Source: Eledone cirrhosa
Taxonomy: Eukaryota
Assembly (NCBI GenBank): GCA_964016885.1
Contig: OZ024760.1
Span: 21,018,001-21,082,000, forward strand
DNA: 64,000 nucleotides
Direction: 5' to 3'
Part shown: piece after piece, positions 28,869 through 43,000 of the stretch
Layout of the letters: every line of letters begins with the position of its first letter
Position numbering within the stretch: the first letter of the stretch is position 1
The notes under the pieces: generated by a model
Seen by the model: only the letters and a program-made list of their open reading frames with translations
Told to the model about the DNA's origin: nothing
Databases searched by the model: none
Made by a program: the position numbers and the translations under genes

Positions 28869-29855
28869 CAGAACTTGTTTTATAAATATTGACATATCTA
28901 GGAATGAGACCTTAACGGTTCAAGTTTTACCTGGTACCCTTGAAATATATATAATAGAATAAAAATGGTTTTATAAATATAGTTTCCATTTATTAATATC
29001 ATTGATATATATATATCATCATCATCATCATCGTTTAACGTCCATCTTCCACGCTAGCATGGGTTAGACGGTTTTGTTCCATTTAATGTGTGAATGGTTG
29101 GGAGACCATGTCTCGCTCGTACCCACCCAAAATATAACAATATATAATTGTGTTGTGTGTATATATACCCTCATCATCATTGTTTAAAGTCCATCTTCCA
29201 CACTAGCATGGGTAGGACGGGTTGACCTTTAGGAAGAGAATTAGGTCAGAGGGCCGTGTTTAGCTCACCTGGGTCTGATTTGGGGTAGGTTTCTGCAGCT
29301 GGATGCCCTTCCTAATGCCAATGACATTTACAGTGAGTACTGGGTGCCTTTTGTCATGTCACCTACATGACCACAATACTGTATGGACTGGGCACTTTGT
29401 CTTGACACATGGAGGGCCATTACATGGTGTGGGATGGGAACTAGGGAGGTTGGGAGAGGAAGCTTTGGGAAATTGAGAATATAGGTAATGATGTATATAT
29501 ATAGATACATATGTATAAATATATATATGTATATATATATATATATATATATGTATATGTATATATATCATCATCATCATCATCGTTTAACGTCCTATTC
29601 CATGCTAGAATGGGTTAGACGGGAGTTGTCCCACTTGAGGCAAGGTTGGTCGGGTGACCGTGTCTCGCTCATATAAGGACTATCTGGCAGGTTTTCTACA
29701 GCTGGATGCCCTTCCTAACACCAACCACATTTACAGTGTGGAACTGGGAACTTTTTACCGTGTTACCTACACGGCCACATTACAGCGTGGCTGTATATAT
29801 ATATATATATAAATAGATTCAGAGTATCGCTATTAGCTTTCTCTGTTTATGTTAT

Positions 29856-29886
<31 letters not shown>

Positions 29887-30107
29887 CTTTGTGAGAGTCA
29901 TGCTGCCAATAAAAACACAGTTTAATAACTGGATGGTTGTTTAGTTGTTGATTGGCAATGCTCTTTTGTCATATATATTCTGTGACCTCCTCAGTTATTA
30001 AACTAACAAACAGACTGCGAGTTTTTTTAATAAATTGAAATGAAAACCAACAGGTATAACAATATCTGTTTCAAAACAGGTTTTAAGATAAGAAATCAAA
30101 TATAAAA

Positions 30108-30475
30108 ATCGTGTGGAAGTCGGACCTTCATAAAGACCTGTAGATCCATTTCTTCGTCTCTATAGTGGAGTCTGTGCTGCTGTACGGGTTTGAGACTTGG
30201 ACACTTACCAAGAGATTAACTCAGATGCTGGATGGGTGCTACACGAGGATGCTGAGGATGGCTCTGAACATTAATCAGTATACATTGAAGATGAAGAACT
30301 CAGAGGTGTACGGGAGCCTCCCAAGACAGAAGAGACTGAGGTTAGCTGGACATGCTCACTGCACTCAGTGGTCTTGTGGGAGACCCTACACAAACACACA
30401 GGAAACGGGTAACTGAGGATGTGATGCTCTAAGGACAAACATGGGACATAGTAGTGATAATGAAGGTCAGAGACT
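30108..30475 (+). mobile_element. 3' fragment of a second RTE-like LINE family
   Basis: ESVLLYGFETWTLTK, YTRMLRMALNI and RLRLAGH; homologous to 43276 and 54909. Confidence 0.85.
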
Positions 30476-30973
30476 GCAAAGTGGTCGTGGAGGTGTCACG
30501 ACAAAAAAGCACCCAGACCACACTGTAAAGTGGTTGTGTAGGGGCCACGGAAAAAAGCAGCCAGCACTCACTGTAAATGAGGTTGGTGTTAGGTTAGAAA
30601 GGGCATCCAGCTGTAGAAATCAAGCCAGATCAGTTCACGTAGGAACAGGACAAGGTCACCCGACCTAACATTGCCCACAGCAGGACAACCCATCAACCCA
30701 TGCTAGGTTGGAAGAATGGATGTCAAAATATTTATATATATGTATATGTATATATAAATGTATATATATTTCTGTACGTATGTATATATGTGATGTTTTA
30801 TGATGTTTCTCTTTTTATAAAAAGTTTAGAATAATAATTCTTCAAATATTTGTTTGTAAAAATAAAAATAAACCATTCCACCCACTGCCTCCACTAAGTG
30901 GTTGTTAGTAGAAAAATACACCAGGCTATGTAATAAAGAACACATACAATAGAAATAAAAATACCTTCCACAT

Positions 30974-31004
<31 letters not shown>

Positions 31005-31099
31005 CATACATACGTATACACACACACATATATATATGTTGTTTGAGTTTCTGGATAGCTTTGGTTTGTTCTAGATATATTTATATTTAAGTTTACTTT

Positions 31100-32420
31100 T
31101 ACAATTGATGGTCTTTATTGCTTGCTTTTGACAGTAAGGAAGAACAATTAGAGATGTACAATATAGAGGAACAGTGGGAATTCCTGAAAGTTAACCTACT
31201 GAAGGCGACAGATGAAATCTGTGGCTGCAGCAGACCTATAGACAGGATGAGAGTAACTTGGTGGTGGAACAGTAAGGTAGAGGAGTCAATCAAGGCCAAA
31301 AAGCTGGCTTGGAAAGTATGGCAGGATGGGGGAAGTCGAGAACACTATCAAGTGATCAAGAGAGAAGCTAGGAGACAAGTGTACTTTGCAAGAAGGGAAG
31401 CAGAGGAAAGAAGGTTCAAGCATGTTCTACAACGCGAGGACCAAAAATGTGAGGTGTTCAGGATCGCAAGACTATGTGTCAAGGAAAACTGTGATATTGT
31501 TGAGGAGAAGTGTGTCCGTAATGATGGTGGTATACTTGCCCTCACTGATACTGATAAGAAGGTAGTTTGGAAGTGTCACTACAAGAGACTACTAAATGAG
31601 GAGAATAAATGGGAAAATTATATTCTGTGCCAAATTGATCCAATAGAGGGACCAGCAGTGCAAGTTAAAGGTAGTATAATAAGTAAGGCAATCAAAGATA
31701 TGAAGACAGGTAAGGCAGCTGGGCCTTTGGAGATAGTTGCTGAAATGCTGAAAACATCTGGAATGGTGGGACACACTATAGTCACCCGGATAGTAAACCA
31801 AGTCATACAGAATGGGGTCATACCAAATGACTGGTGTAGCAACATCATCATTAACTGCTACAAGGGTAAAGGAGATGCTCTAGATAGGAGAAACTATAGA
31901 GGCATTAAATTAGTTGACCAGGTCATGAAGGTCACAGAAAGAGTTATAGCGCAATTAATCAGAAAGCGAATTGATATAGATGAAATGCAGTTTGGGTTTG
32001 TGTCATGTAAAAGTACCACACACGCTCTTTTCCTTGTACAACAACTACAGGAGAAGTACCTAGCTAAAAGTAAACCCCTATACTTAGCTTTTGTTGACTT
32101 GGAGAAAGCCTTTGACAGAGTCCCTCGCTCCATTATCTGGTGGGCTCTTAGAAAACTAGGTGTAGATGAATGGCTTGTGAGAGCTATACAAGCCATGTAT
32201 AAAGAAACAGTCAGCAAGGATAGAATTAACAATGAATATAGTGAAGAATTTAGCGTAAAAGTTGGTGTTCATCAAGGCTCTGTCCTTAGCCCCTCCTTTT
32301 ATTACCCTTCAGGATATAACAGAGGAGTTCAAGACCGGCTGCCCTTGGGAACTTCTATACACAGATGATCTAACTCTCATAGCTGAATCGATGGCTGAAC
32401 TAGAGAAGAAATTCCGATAG
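31100..32420 (+). mobile_element. RTE-clade LINE internal fragment (linker + RT to YTDD)
   Basis: TWWWN, KAAGP, NYRGIKL, LEKAFDRVPR and GVHQGSVLSP, then a frameshift. Same family as 22860-24630. Confidence 0.93.
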
Positions 32421-32453
32421 GGGAATTCCCCAATAGGGGAAACATGATAATAG

Positions 32454-32496
32454 TACCACTGATGATGTTGCAGATGTGCAACGAAAGAACTTTGTT

Positions 32497-32497
<1 letters not shown>
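32454..32497 (+). ncRNA. Degenerate minimal hammerhead, family F
   Basis: tacca CTGATGA t gttgca gatg tgcaac GAAA gaac TT tgtta; one mismatch in stem I. Confidence 0.55.
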
Positions 32498-32532
<35 letters not shown>

Positions 32533-34876
32533 TATCTGTATTTTTAACCATTGGTCAGTCAATGATAAACATTGATGGCCAAATCAATTAACTATAGAGA
32601 TATAAAAGATACAGAAGCGAAAACCAACCAAACAGTGAGTGTGTTCTGTTATTATTTCTGGCAATATTACAACAATATGACCCTCCCCAAGTATAACAAT
32701 ATATATATATATATATATGTATTACTACCACAGAGGTCTGACAAGCCATTGATTACAGAGTCGGGCTAAATCGATACAGATCAAACCTTGAGCTGATGGA
32801 TAGCAAACATGCCTCACCAACCAATAAATGTAATGATGGAATAACCATTCGTTCTTGTTTTATTTTAATATATATATATATAAGGCTCGGAAAATTTTTT
32901 CCTTGAGCTACTTTCATTTATAAGGGACTATTGTGAGTTTTTAACTCAATATGTAATTTTGATAAATGAGCTCCTGCTTTTGTAGAGCTTTTAGTATATT
33001 GGATGGTTCTGGTTGCTATTTTTACTAGTAGCCTTACATTTTATTATCTGCCTGGCATGCGATAATCATGTGCTTTTTCTCTTAACACACGTGTTTTCTA
33101 ATTTATTTAAGAAATTTAGTAGTGAGGGGTATACTGGTCGTGAGTATCCGTTGAAAAGCATCGCACCCGTAATCATTGCTTTCACCCTTTTACAGGATTA
33201 TCTGAGTTTCAGGGTGAAAGCAGCAATTATTTGCTTAAACTTTAATCTGTACATATAATAAATAAATAAATAAATAAATAAATATATATATATATGAATA
33301 TATGTTCAAGTAAAATTTGTACTTTCAGAACACCCACCTCTACTGCTAATTCAGTCACCTAGGTAGCAGAAGCTGTCCGTTGTTTCTACAGAGCCCTCCC
33401 AGAATTTGGTAGTGCTTGTTCCCTGTGGTCGTTTGCTGCTTACTGTCCTGGGGCAACTAAGTTTAGAAAATCCTTCCAAATTTTGTTGTTATTTAATTAA
33501 AATATAGTGTATGTCTTTAAAAATATGGTCATAAGAAGGTTAAAGATGGTTTGAGGGCAAATTGGCTATTATTTCTTGCAAGTCATGCAAACAGAATTAG
33601 ATTTAAAAATGGACGATTTGCAATGGTGAGTTCAATTCCCAGATCAGGCAATGTGTTATGTCCTTGAGCAATACACTTTATTTCATATTCCTTCTTCTGC
33701 CAGGAGTTGCAAATGGTAGATAGTATCAGTGATGGGAAGACCAATGGAAACTCAGTTTCCTAGGTCTGATTTGAAGAGATCCACTGCACTCAGTCAGCAA
33801 AGAAGGTCCTGGATCATGTTGATTGACTCAATCAATCGAGAGTGAAGAAAACAATTACATTATCTAATGTGCCATTGGTATGATCCGAGGGAGATGTAGC
33901 TATTATTTTTAGCAAGCAATGCAACCACATAGCAGTTAATGTTTTTACAAGAAGTGAAATTTAAAAAAATGTCTTTATCCTTTGAAAATAGATTTGTACA
34001 GCTCTCCACCTTTGAAACACACACTGGTGTTGTTAATTATATCAGAATCTCTCCATAGATAGTTGCCATCCATAAGCACAAAGAGACTTTATTCTCTAAA
34101 GAATGGTAAAGATATATAGTTATATATAGAATTAAACTAACCATTTCAAAGAACAAGGAGATAGAGAATGATAAAAAAAAAACACAAAAATATATTCTAA
34201 ATGTATTCATTTTGCAAGATAAAAACATTCTATGATCCATGAGGACTGTGTCTGTAGTTCAGTGTGACCTCTTGGCAAAATATAGGCCTATTTTAATAGG
34301 CAACACAAGATGGGCTTTGTTAACCTACGTAATATTAGTGGGTGGGTTGTTGCTGTTTAGCCAGGAGATAGGATGGACAAATGGACAATGACCTCTGGGT
34401 ATTTGGGCATTTCATGTGGGTGTGGAAGTGATTGTACACATGAGTGTGCATATGTGTGAGTGTATGAGTATGTGTATGTGATTGTGTGCATGTGTGTGTG
34501 TGTGTATACGTGTGCATATGTGTGCGCGCGCGTGTGTGTCTCAATGTGTGAATGTGTGTCTGTGTGTGTAAATGTGTGTGTATATATATATATGTGTGTG
34601 TATGTGTATGTGTGTAAGTGTGTGAGTGTGTGAGTGTGTGCATGTGTGGGTGTATGTGTGGATGGGTGGATGTGTGAAATTGTATATATATATGTGTGTG
34701 TGTGACTGTTTTTATTTTGATAACCCATATACACACCTACGTAGTGAAGCAGATAAACACAATGGACAGATTTAATTCATCCACACACACACACACACAT
34801 ACATACACATACACAGCTATACTGACAAACACAGATAAAAGCACAGGCATCCATGTACATAGACTGTGAACACTGA

Positions 34877-34914
<38 letters not shown>

Positions 34915-35102
34915 ACAAAGGAAATGTGGTAAGGAACCAGGTGGACCCTAACGCACCAAAGTACTCAATACTTAGGGTAGTAGAGTGGTTAATAGAAATG
35001 AGTAGGACCCCGACGGCTGAGCTCAAGCCGTTTCGACGGCTAATTCTGGTCCAGAATTGGCCGTCGAAACGACTTGAGCTCACTCGTCGGGGTCCTACTC
35101 GT

Positions 35103-35108
<6 letters not shown>
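34915..35108. mobile_element. Penelope-type terminal module, family E, folded back at hammerhead stem II, between (TA)n tracts
   Basis: Palindrome 35001-35105 contains GAAAcgacttgagctcactcGTCggggtc. Related copies at 8140-8250, 26131-26188 and 57507-57695. Confidence 0.65.
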
Positions 35109-35136
<28 letters not shown>

Positions 35137-35189
35137 TCACTTTACAATGTGGGCTGGATATATTTTGTTCACAGTGTAAGGGTAGTGTG

Positions 35190-35985
35190 GACAGGAGTGG
35201 GTATAGTGGTTAAGAGGTGCCTACTAGGTGTATGTTTGAGTCTGTGCACATGGGAAGGCATGTCTTCTGTATTACTGCATAACGCTAAAGATCTCGATGC
35301 TGTGTCATTGTCTTGAGAGGTTCAGTTGTGCAAGGTTCAGTTGTGCAAGGTCCACTTCGATCACCTCATGCCAGGACTTTCTACTCCAAGGCTTCCATCA
35401 ATTTTGATCACCCTGCACCTTTTTATACAGCTGTCATCCTTCATACATATTACATGACCATACCAATCTCCTCTCTCGTATACTGCATCTGATAAGTAGA
35501 GGGTTTTACTTTTAGCTAGGTACTTCTCCTGCAGTTGCCTCACAAGGAAGAGGGCATACATTGTACTTTTACTTGGCACAAATCAAACTGCATTTCATCA
35601 AGGTTAATTCGGTCCCTAATCAGCTGTGCAATGACTTTTTTGGTGACCATCATAACCTGGTCAACCAACTTAATCCTTCTATAGTTTTCTCTGTCTAGAG
35701 CATCTACTTTGCCCTTGTAGCAGTTGACAATGATGCTGCTACATCAGTCATTGGGTATGACACCATTTTGTATCACTTGGTTTACTATACGGGTCACTAT
35801 GGTGTGTCCCACCATTCCATTTATTTAGTATAGTACTTCTAACTAGCACAGCTGATCCCTCTGATGGATCAACTTGGGGCAAACTATCTACATCCCATGC
35901 ATTCTCCTCATTTAGTTATCTTTCATAGTGGCACTTCCATGCTGCTTTCATTTCAGCATCAGTGAAGGCAAGTACAACATTATCA
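35190..35985 (-). mobile_element. Decayed RTE LINE with a large internal deletion near 35490
   Basis: QLQEKYLAKSKTLYL is joined directly to WYGHVICMK. Confidence 0.85.
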
Positions 35986-36345
35986 AACTTGCATTTATAT
36001 ATTCCTTGCAGTCTAAAGATATTAACTGCAGCTTTTATTATTCAATTTTCTGTTGTTAAAGGTGTGTTAGGCACTGGTTATTGAACTCTCTCTCTTTCTT
36101 AGTCTGTCTTTTTAGATAGATACATAGCTATAGCGTTGCGCCCTTATAATATCTGTCTGTATGTCTGGCTGTCTGCATTACAATATTATGACAAAAATTG
36201 TTCTCATTGCTGACGTATTATCTTCGCTTTTTTTCCGTTCACTGCCAGGGAACGTCTTCACGAACCAAAGTATCGTCTTCCCGTTTTCCTTCGGTTGCAA
36301 CGTTTTTCGAAATATTTACTTCTGCGTTCACAGATTGATTTTTTT

Positions 36346-36396
36346 AGTTTCAGAAGATCCCATTACGGGTGAAAGCAGTGATTCTTTGCTTAAACT
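36346..36396 (+). ncRNA. Hammerhead-like motif, family D, with CAGAAGA core variant
   Basis: agttt CAGAAGA tccc attac gggt GAAA gca..tgc TT aaact. Perfect 5-bp stem I, followed by (TA)n. Confidence 0.55.
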
Positions 36397-36407
36397 TTAA
36401 TCCGTTA

Positions 36408-36453
<46 letters not shown>

Positions 36454-36882
36454 TATATTTGTGTACAGATATTTTTGCATACACAAAAACAAAATATAAA
36501 CAAACTTATTTATTTCACGAAAGCACAGATGGCTTATCGCCATTGTTACTGCCGATATACCACCCCAAAAGCCCCACTACTTTTGGCACAAGGCCAGCAA
36601 TTACATAGTCAACGGTTCGGAAATCACATGCATCACTGACGACTTTGCTCCTTACTCTACCAGTTAGTCTTAGTGTACTTCGTCCTGCTTTTAGGCCGTG
36701 CCTCGAAGGAAGAGATACTCCATTGGCCGAAATACTGCGAAAGCGGCAAGAAAAAGAACAAGGCGGGCAAACAAATCGTCAGTGGAATCTGCTATTCGAC
36801 GGTCGCAAGATGCTGAACGTACTGCCACCAGAAGAACACTTGAAACAGACAACCAACGAACCATTCGCTGAACCATGTCAGC

Positions 36883-37062
36883 TTTGCAATGTCTATCAAC
36901 AAATCCCAGGGTCATACCTTAGCTGGTCTTCTTTTTTGAAGAGTCATGTTTTCACACGGGCAACTATACATTGACTGCTCAAGAGTGGGAAGCAAGACAA
37001 ATCTCTTTGCATATGCCCGACACGGAAGAACAAGGAACATTGTGTACAAGGAGGTGCTATAA
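36883..37062 (+). pseudogene. Helitron Pif1-type helicase C-terminus, frameshifted
   Basis: Reads FAMSINKSQGHTL..SHGQLYIDCSRVGS..TRNIVYKEVL*, matching the Helitron consensus FAMTINKSQGQ..FSHGQLYVAxSRV..TxNIVYxEV. Confidence 0.88.
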
Positions 37063-37367
37063 TTATTGTTTAGGTAGACGAGGCAGAAGGGGATATACAC
37101 GATTGGCTGAAGAAAGACGAGACTGTGTTAGTAGTACGACCAATGGCTGCTATCACACCAACAGCAGCAAAAACAACAACAAAAAAGAGAGGGAACGCAA
37201 TTACATGCTTTTGAAAAATCTTAATGAAAAATTATTTGCCTAAGCACAAAATATAGACACCATCCCCAGGCCGAGGTATTCCATACTTCTCTGTACTGTT
37301 TCAGAAAGGAGGGATAAACATGCCAATCTATGTTTAGAAGCCCAAGCAATGCCGGGTCATTCTGCTA

Positions 37368-37398
<31 letters not shown>

Positions 37399-37519
37399 TA
37401 ACTGCTGTTTTTCTACATTTACATAGGTTTGTCAGATTGACATGTTATGAAACAAGTCAGGCGAGGTAACATCTTATACAGCTTTGTATTTTGACTCGGT
37501 TTCTATGGCTGGATGTTCT

Positions 37520-38057
37520 TATATATATAAATAAATATATAAATATATATATACATACATATATACATACATATACATACATACATATATACATACATAT
37601 ACATACATACATATATATATACATACATATACATACATATATATATACATACATATACATACATATATATATACATACATATACATACATATATATATAC
37701 ATACATACATATACATACATATACATACATATATATATATATACATACATATACATATATACATACATATACATATATATATACATACATATACATACAT
37801 ACATATATATATACATACATATATATATACATACATATACATACATATATATATACATACATATACATACATATATATATATACATACATATACATACAC
37901 ATACATACATATATACATACATATACATACATATATATATACATACATATACATACATATATATATACATACACATACATACATATATATATACATACAC
38001 ATACATACATATATATATACATACATACATACATATATACATACATACATACATACA

Positions 38058-38091
<34 letters not shown>

Positions 38092-38129
38092 CATACATAC
38101 ATACATATATACATACATACATACATACA

Positions 38130-38163
<34 letters not shown>

Positions 38164-38440
38164 CATACATACATACATATATACATACATACATACATAC
38201 ATATATACATACACATACATACATATATATATACATACATACATATATATATACATACATACATATATATATACATACATACATATATATATACATACAT
38301 ACATATATATATACATACATACATATATATATATATACATACATACATATATATATACATACATACATATATATATATATACATACATACATACATATAT
38401 ATATATATACATAATATATATATATATATATATATATATG
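37520..38440. repeat. (TACA)n/(TA)n microsatellite
   Basis: Directly visible. Confidence 0.98.
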
Positions 38441-38702
38441 TAATCTGAATTTTTCAAATATTAATAATAATATTCGATTTATTCGCAATTATGCAAACAA
38501 CCTCATTTTTAAAGCCATGTCAGTAGAATGAGCCCCTCATTCTTGCTCTTGTGTTGGCATGTAAACAGAACTGCAGACACTAATGTTTCTGAATATTACC
38601 CTTCATCAGTACAGTTCACTGTTCACCTGCCAATTGTCAGAGCTAGTGAAAATATATATTTTCTAAAATATACGGTGACTGATTGGACTGATTTGCACTT
38701 AA

Positions 38703-39527
38703 TCTATATATATAATACTGTGGTTGTCTGTCTGTCTATCGATTTTTGGCACACATCTCCTCTTAGAATCTCTCACGGAATTGCACCGAAATTGCTAGAC
38801 TTGTACATTGAGCCCTAGCGAAGACATCGGAAAAAAAACCATTTCAAATTGACCCACCCTATGTGACGAAATCGAATATAATGTATCGATTTTTGAGCGT
38901 AAGTGATCAGTTATTTCCCTTTGTTCTGTTTACATTGAGCGTCTTACGTAAAAAATTACGCTGGCTTTAACAGTTGTCGAGCCAGCAAAATATTGACCTG
39001 CAAAATTCATCAGTTCGAACACTAAGCTTCCGTTTTGCTTCATTTCCATTTAAAAGCATTTTAAAACAATATTTTTACTTGAAAACAAGTCTATTTAAAG
39101 ACTACGTAAAACAAGCAAATATTTCGTCGTTAGGCGTGCAGACAGATAGTCGTGCAGAGAGGTGATATAGGCGTGCAGACAGATAGTCGTGCAGAGAGGT
39201 GATATAGGCGTGCAGACAGACATAACTGATAATTTGGTTACGCTAATGTTTTTCTCTGCGTTGCAGTGTTTACATTTTCGATCTTTGTTAATAAATAACC
39301 AGTGCAGTTTCTATCCCCAGCATCCTCTTTTGTTATAACATTCGGGTTATCGTTATGTTTTCTTAACTTCATAAGGCATATTGTTGGTTGAGGGAATATT
39401 AATCAAAAACACCACATGCAAGTCTGCACAGTAGACACTACAGTTTTTAAGCCAAAAAAGAAACTTAACATTGTAACTTTAACACAGCTACTGAGCGACA
39501 CCGAGCAACGCCGGGCTTTACTGCTAG
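38703..39527 (+). mobile_element. Complete non-autonomous Helitron
   Basis: A|TCTATATATATAAT 5' end, (GTCT)n, 3' ccgagcaacgccggg then tgCTAG|T. Inserted between A and T with no target-site duplication. Confidence 0.87.
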
Positions 39528-39827
39528 TATTCGATAAATACATGTGTGTGCGCACGTCAAGCCTTCTAGCATTAAGAGGTGTGGAAACTTATTGAATGAT
39601 CTTACAGTTTTGTCAGTTAAAAAATTATGTACTACTGTTCAAATATACACAACAGAAAGCGAGTTATTGTACAATTCAAAGCTGTGAATGTTATTATATC
39701 TATTATTATCAAAACACAATATTCTTTTATATTTTTACCCATGTACAATATATATATTTAAACCCCTCCATCCCCCAAAACTGTAACGGAAGCTCTCTCT
39801 CTCTCTTTATATGTATGTATGTATGTA

Positions 39828-39862
<35 letters not shown>

Positions 39863-42649
39863 TGTGGTGTGGTGTGGTGTGGTGTTCCTTGGTACAGTTA
39901 GGTATTTTTGAAAAACAGGAAAAGAATGACTTCACTTGTAGTTCTAAACAATTTGATTTAATTTTATAATATTATGAGTTGGTAGCAGAAAAATTCTCCA
40001 TAATAATAAGTAAGTACGACTCTCTTACTAATGCCATACATTAAATGGAACAACAAACACGCAGCTGTAGGGAGAAACTCGATTCCCTAATTGCAGACCG
40101 CCAACTAGATCTACCAACTCATAATATAATAGTGAAGTCATTCTTTTCCTTTTTTCAAATAGAGAGAGAGAGAAGATGAAGTTGGAATAGCGCGGGAGAT
40201 ATATTTAAGGGTCTGTTTTTCTTTTTTGATTCGTCAAAGTGACATTATTGAAAAGGTAGTGTTATTAAAAAGATAATATTAAAAGAAGAGAGAGACAATT
40301 CTTTTGAAAAATTTTTTTTATGAAGTATATAAATTATATGAGAAAATTACCGGTTTCGATGTATTAAAATCTATCTTGTCAAATTCAGTGAAAAAACTTA
40401 ATTAAAAAGAGTTAGTAGGAATAAAGAAAGGTTTAAAATTAAAATCAAAATCGAATGTTTGAGTAAAATTTCTTCCATCATGCTTCCTGAAAAGTTTTGT
40501 ATAGAACCTCACTTCCCTTTTCTAATATATATATATATATTGGTAAAGGGAAAAGAAAATGCTGACAAACAGTGAAAAATAGTTTAATTAGGAATAAGTA
40601 AAAATTAGTAATAAGTATTGGTTAGTATTCAGTTTTAAGTTTTTACCGGTTGTATCAGCAGTGGTAATATTGTCTCCTTGGTCCGGTCTGACAATCTACA
40701 GATAGTATCTGTCATGGTAATATTGTCTCCTTGGTCTGGTCTGACAATCTACAGATAGTATCAGTGTAATATTTTCAAAATCATTTTTAAAATCCAAAGA
40801 AATATGGTAATGAAAGGGTTAAAGTGTTTATATATATCTAAAAACCTTCTATTATAATTTAATTAAGAACCTTTGTTAAGTTATGTTGTAGCAGTGAAAA
40901 ACCCGTTATAATGTTCCAAACATCTGCCCCGAAGTTCAGGATTTCTTTGAGGTGTTGTTGCTGGTGTTGTTTAACCCAGGTCACACCTCATCCAACAAAC
41001 CTATGATCAAAGTTATTTCAGTCATAACCACTTCATTTGAAGAAGTTTCAACTGCTATTGTTAGCTGATACGGTAACCATATAAGCCGTTCTTTTATTGG
41101 CCCAAGAAAATAATTAATTATAATTAAATCATATAATGTTTTCAATAAAAAAAATAAATATGACAATTAAACAACCAGCCAGTTAATAAACTAACCGATG
41201 AATGGATTAGTTGATAATATACATAAATGAAACTTAACTGGTGCGTGTGTTTTTATTTGTAGCATGACCTTGCCAAAGTATAACAATATATGTTTCAACA
41301 CGATTTCATATTTCAAAAGTCTTGTAAAACAAAAACGAAGTATGGAAGAAAAAAACCCAATTAAATCATGAAAGTAAGGAGAAGTGCGAGGGAGAGGCTA
41401 CTCTATCCCCCACCCAAAGACCAGACTCAAAAGTTCGTGAATTCTTTTGTGTATTTTGTTAATAGGCCGTGTCCACTTTCCTTTACGGTGGATAAGTCCA
41501 TTATAAAATAATTTGCATACGAAATTTATGGGAGACTAAATACCTCAAACGGTATAAATTACCAGCAACAGAGAGAGTCGAGTTTTTACAAATAATTTTT
41601 GTAATTTTTCCCTTTTGTTGCTTATTGGAATTTCAATTTACAAAGAAAAGAGAATGTCGATAGTTTTTAGATGTGAAAGAAATTCGTTTGAAAATTTAAT
41701 TCGATGGAGCTCTAAAACTGGTGAGTAAATCAATGAATCTATAATAGGGGTCCCAAACTGAAGGACTGGAAAGGGCCACTAAGTCCTGGGGAAGAGGCAT
41801 AGCGGGTAAAAAGTAAGATGAGGGGAAGAGGTGAGAAAGAAACATACAACTAAATCAAGGCGATGCTCCAGCTTGACCACAGTCAATTGACTAAAACAAA
41901 TAAAAAGAGTGTTTTTCATTAGGTAACGAAAGGATTAACTCTAAACATTCTGTAATGATTTAACAGAAAAATATCTACAAATGTCTATAGCAAGGGTCTC
42001 AAACTTAAGGACCATTATGTCGTGGTGGGTGAGGCACAGTGGGTCAAAAGTAAGAGGAGGGAGGAGCGGGTTGTGATTTCCACCAGTTATAATAATATAC
42101 AACTGATAGACTACTATTTGTTTCATCAAAATAAATACACATATGATAGTAAGTGGGATATGGGAATTAGTACAAAATGTAGGGGGACAAATATTCTATT
42201 TCAAATTTACTTTAATTCCATTTTTACTTTTGATAAACTCCGTTTTTTTTTTTTTTACATTTTATTGCATTTCATGAGTAAATCGTAAACCGTACAATTT
42301 GGTTAGCAGTACCGGTGGAGGCTCGGACACCATGCTTTGCAGCATAGAGTTACAGCCCTTTACGGTCTGAGTTCAAATCCCGCCGAGGTTAACTTTGCCT
42401 TTCATCCTTACGGGGTCGATAAGTAATTTGCGGGTCGCTAACCGCGTGTTTTGACGCTCCTAATTTATAATAAATATGCTATGATAGTTCCTTAACTCCC
42501 GTTTAGTAGTGTAATTTATATTTTTCCAATGGTTTTTGATGTTTCCAGCGAATATGTCCTTCAAAAACAGTCGAAAATTATTATTTTGTTTTAGTTAACT
42601 AAAAAAAACGAATAATTTTTTACTGTTTTTTTTTTTTTTGTGGGGGTGT

Positions 42650-43000
42650 CCAAATTCGTTCAAAAACAAACAGAAAAAAACAAGAAAAAACATTTAATTC
42701 CGAAACAAGTAATTTACCAGTGTTTAATACAAGGTTCTCAAACTTCAGGACTGAAAAAGGCACTTATGTCCCGGGGTAGTGGTATACAAATAGATGTGGG
42801 TTTTGGTAGTTTGGGGAGAAAAATATAATTATTGGGGGCATCACAACTAGTAATTAAGGACAAAATAAAGACAGATTCGTTCAAAAACAAACGGAAAAAA
42901 ACAAGAAAAAACATTTAATTCCGAAACAAGTAATTTACCAGTGTTTAATACAAGGTTCTCAAACTTCAGGACTGAAAAAGGCCCTTATGTCCCGGGGTAG
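42650..43000. repeat. Local direct duplication of about 130 bp (period ~222 bp)
   Basis: ttcgttcaaaaacaaac..cccggggtagtgg starts near 42655 and again near 42876. Confidence 0.85.

Larger units (their letters stand above)
36145..37368 (+). mobile_element. Non-autonomous Helitron with Pif1 helicase C-terminal remnant; 5' boundary uncertain
   Basis: 3' end cccaagcaatgccggg..tctgCTAG followed by T; helicase motifs at 36883-37062. Confidence 0.8.
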
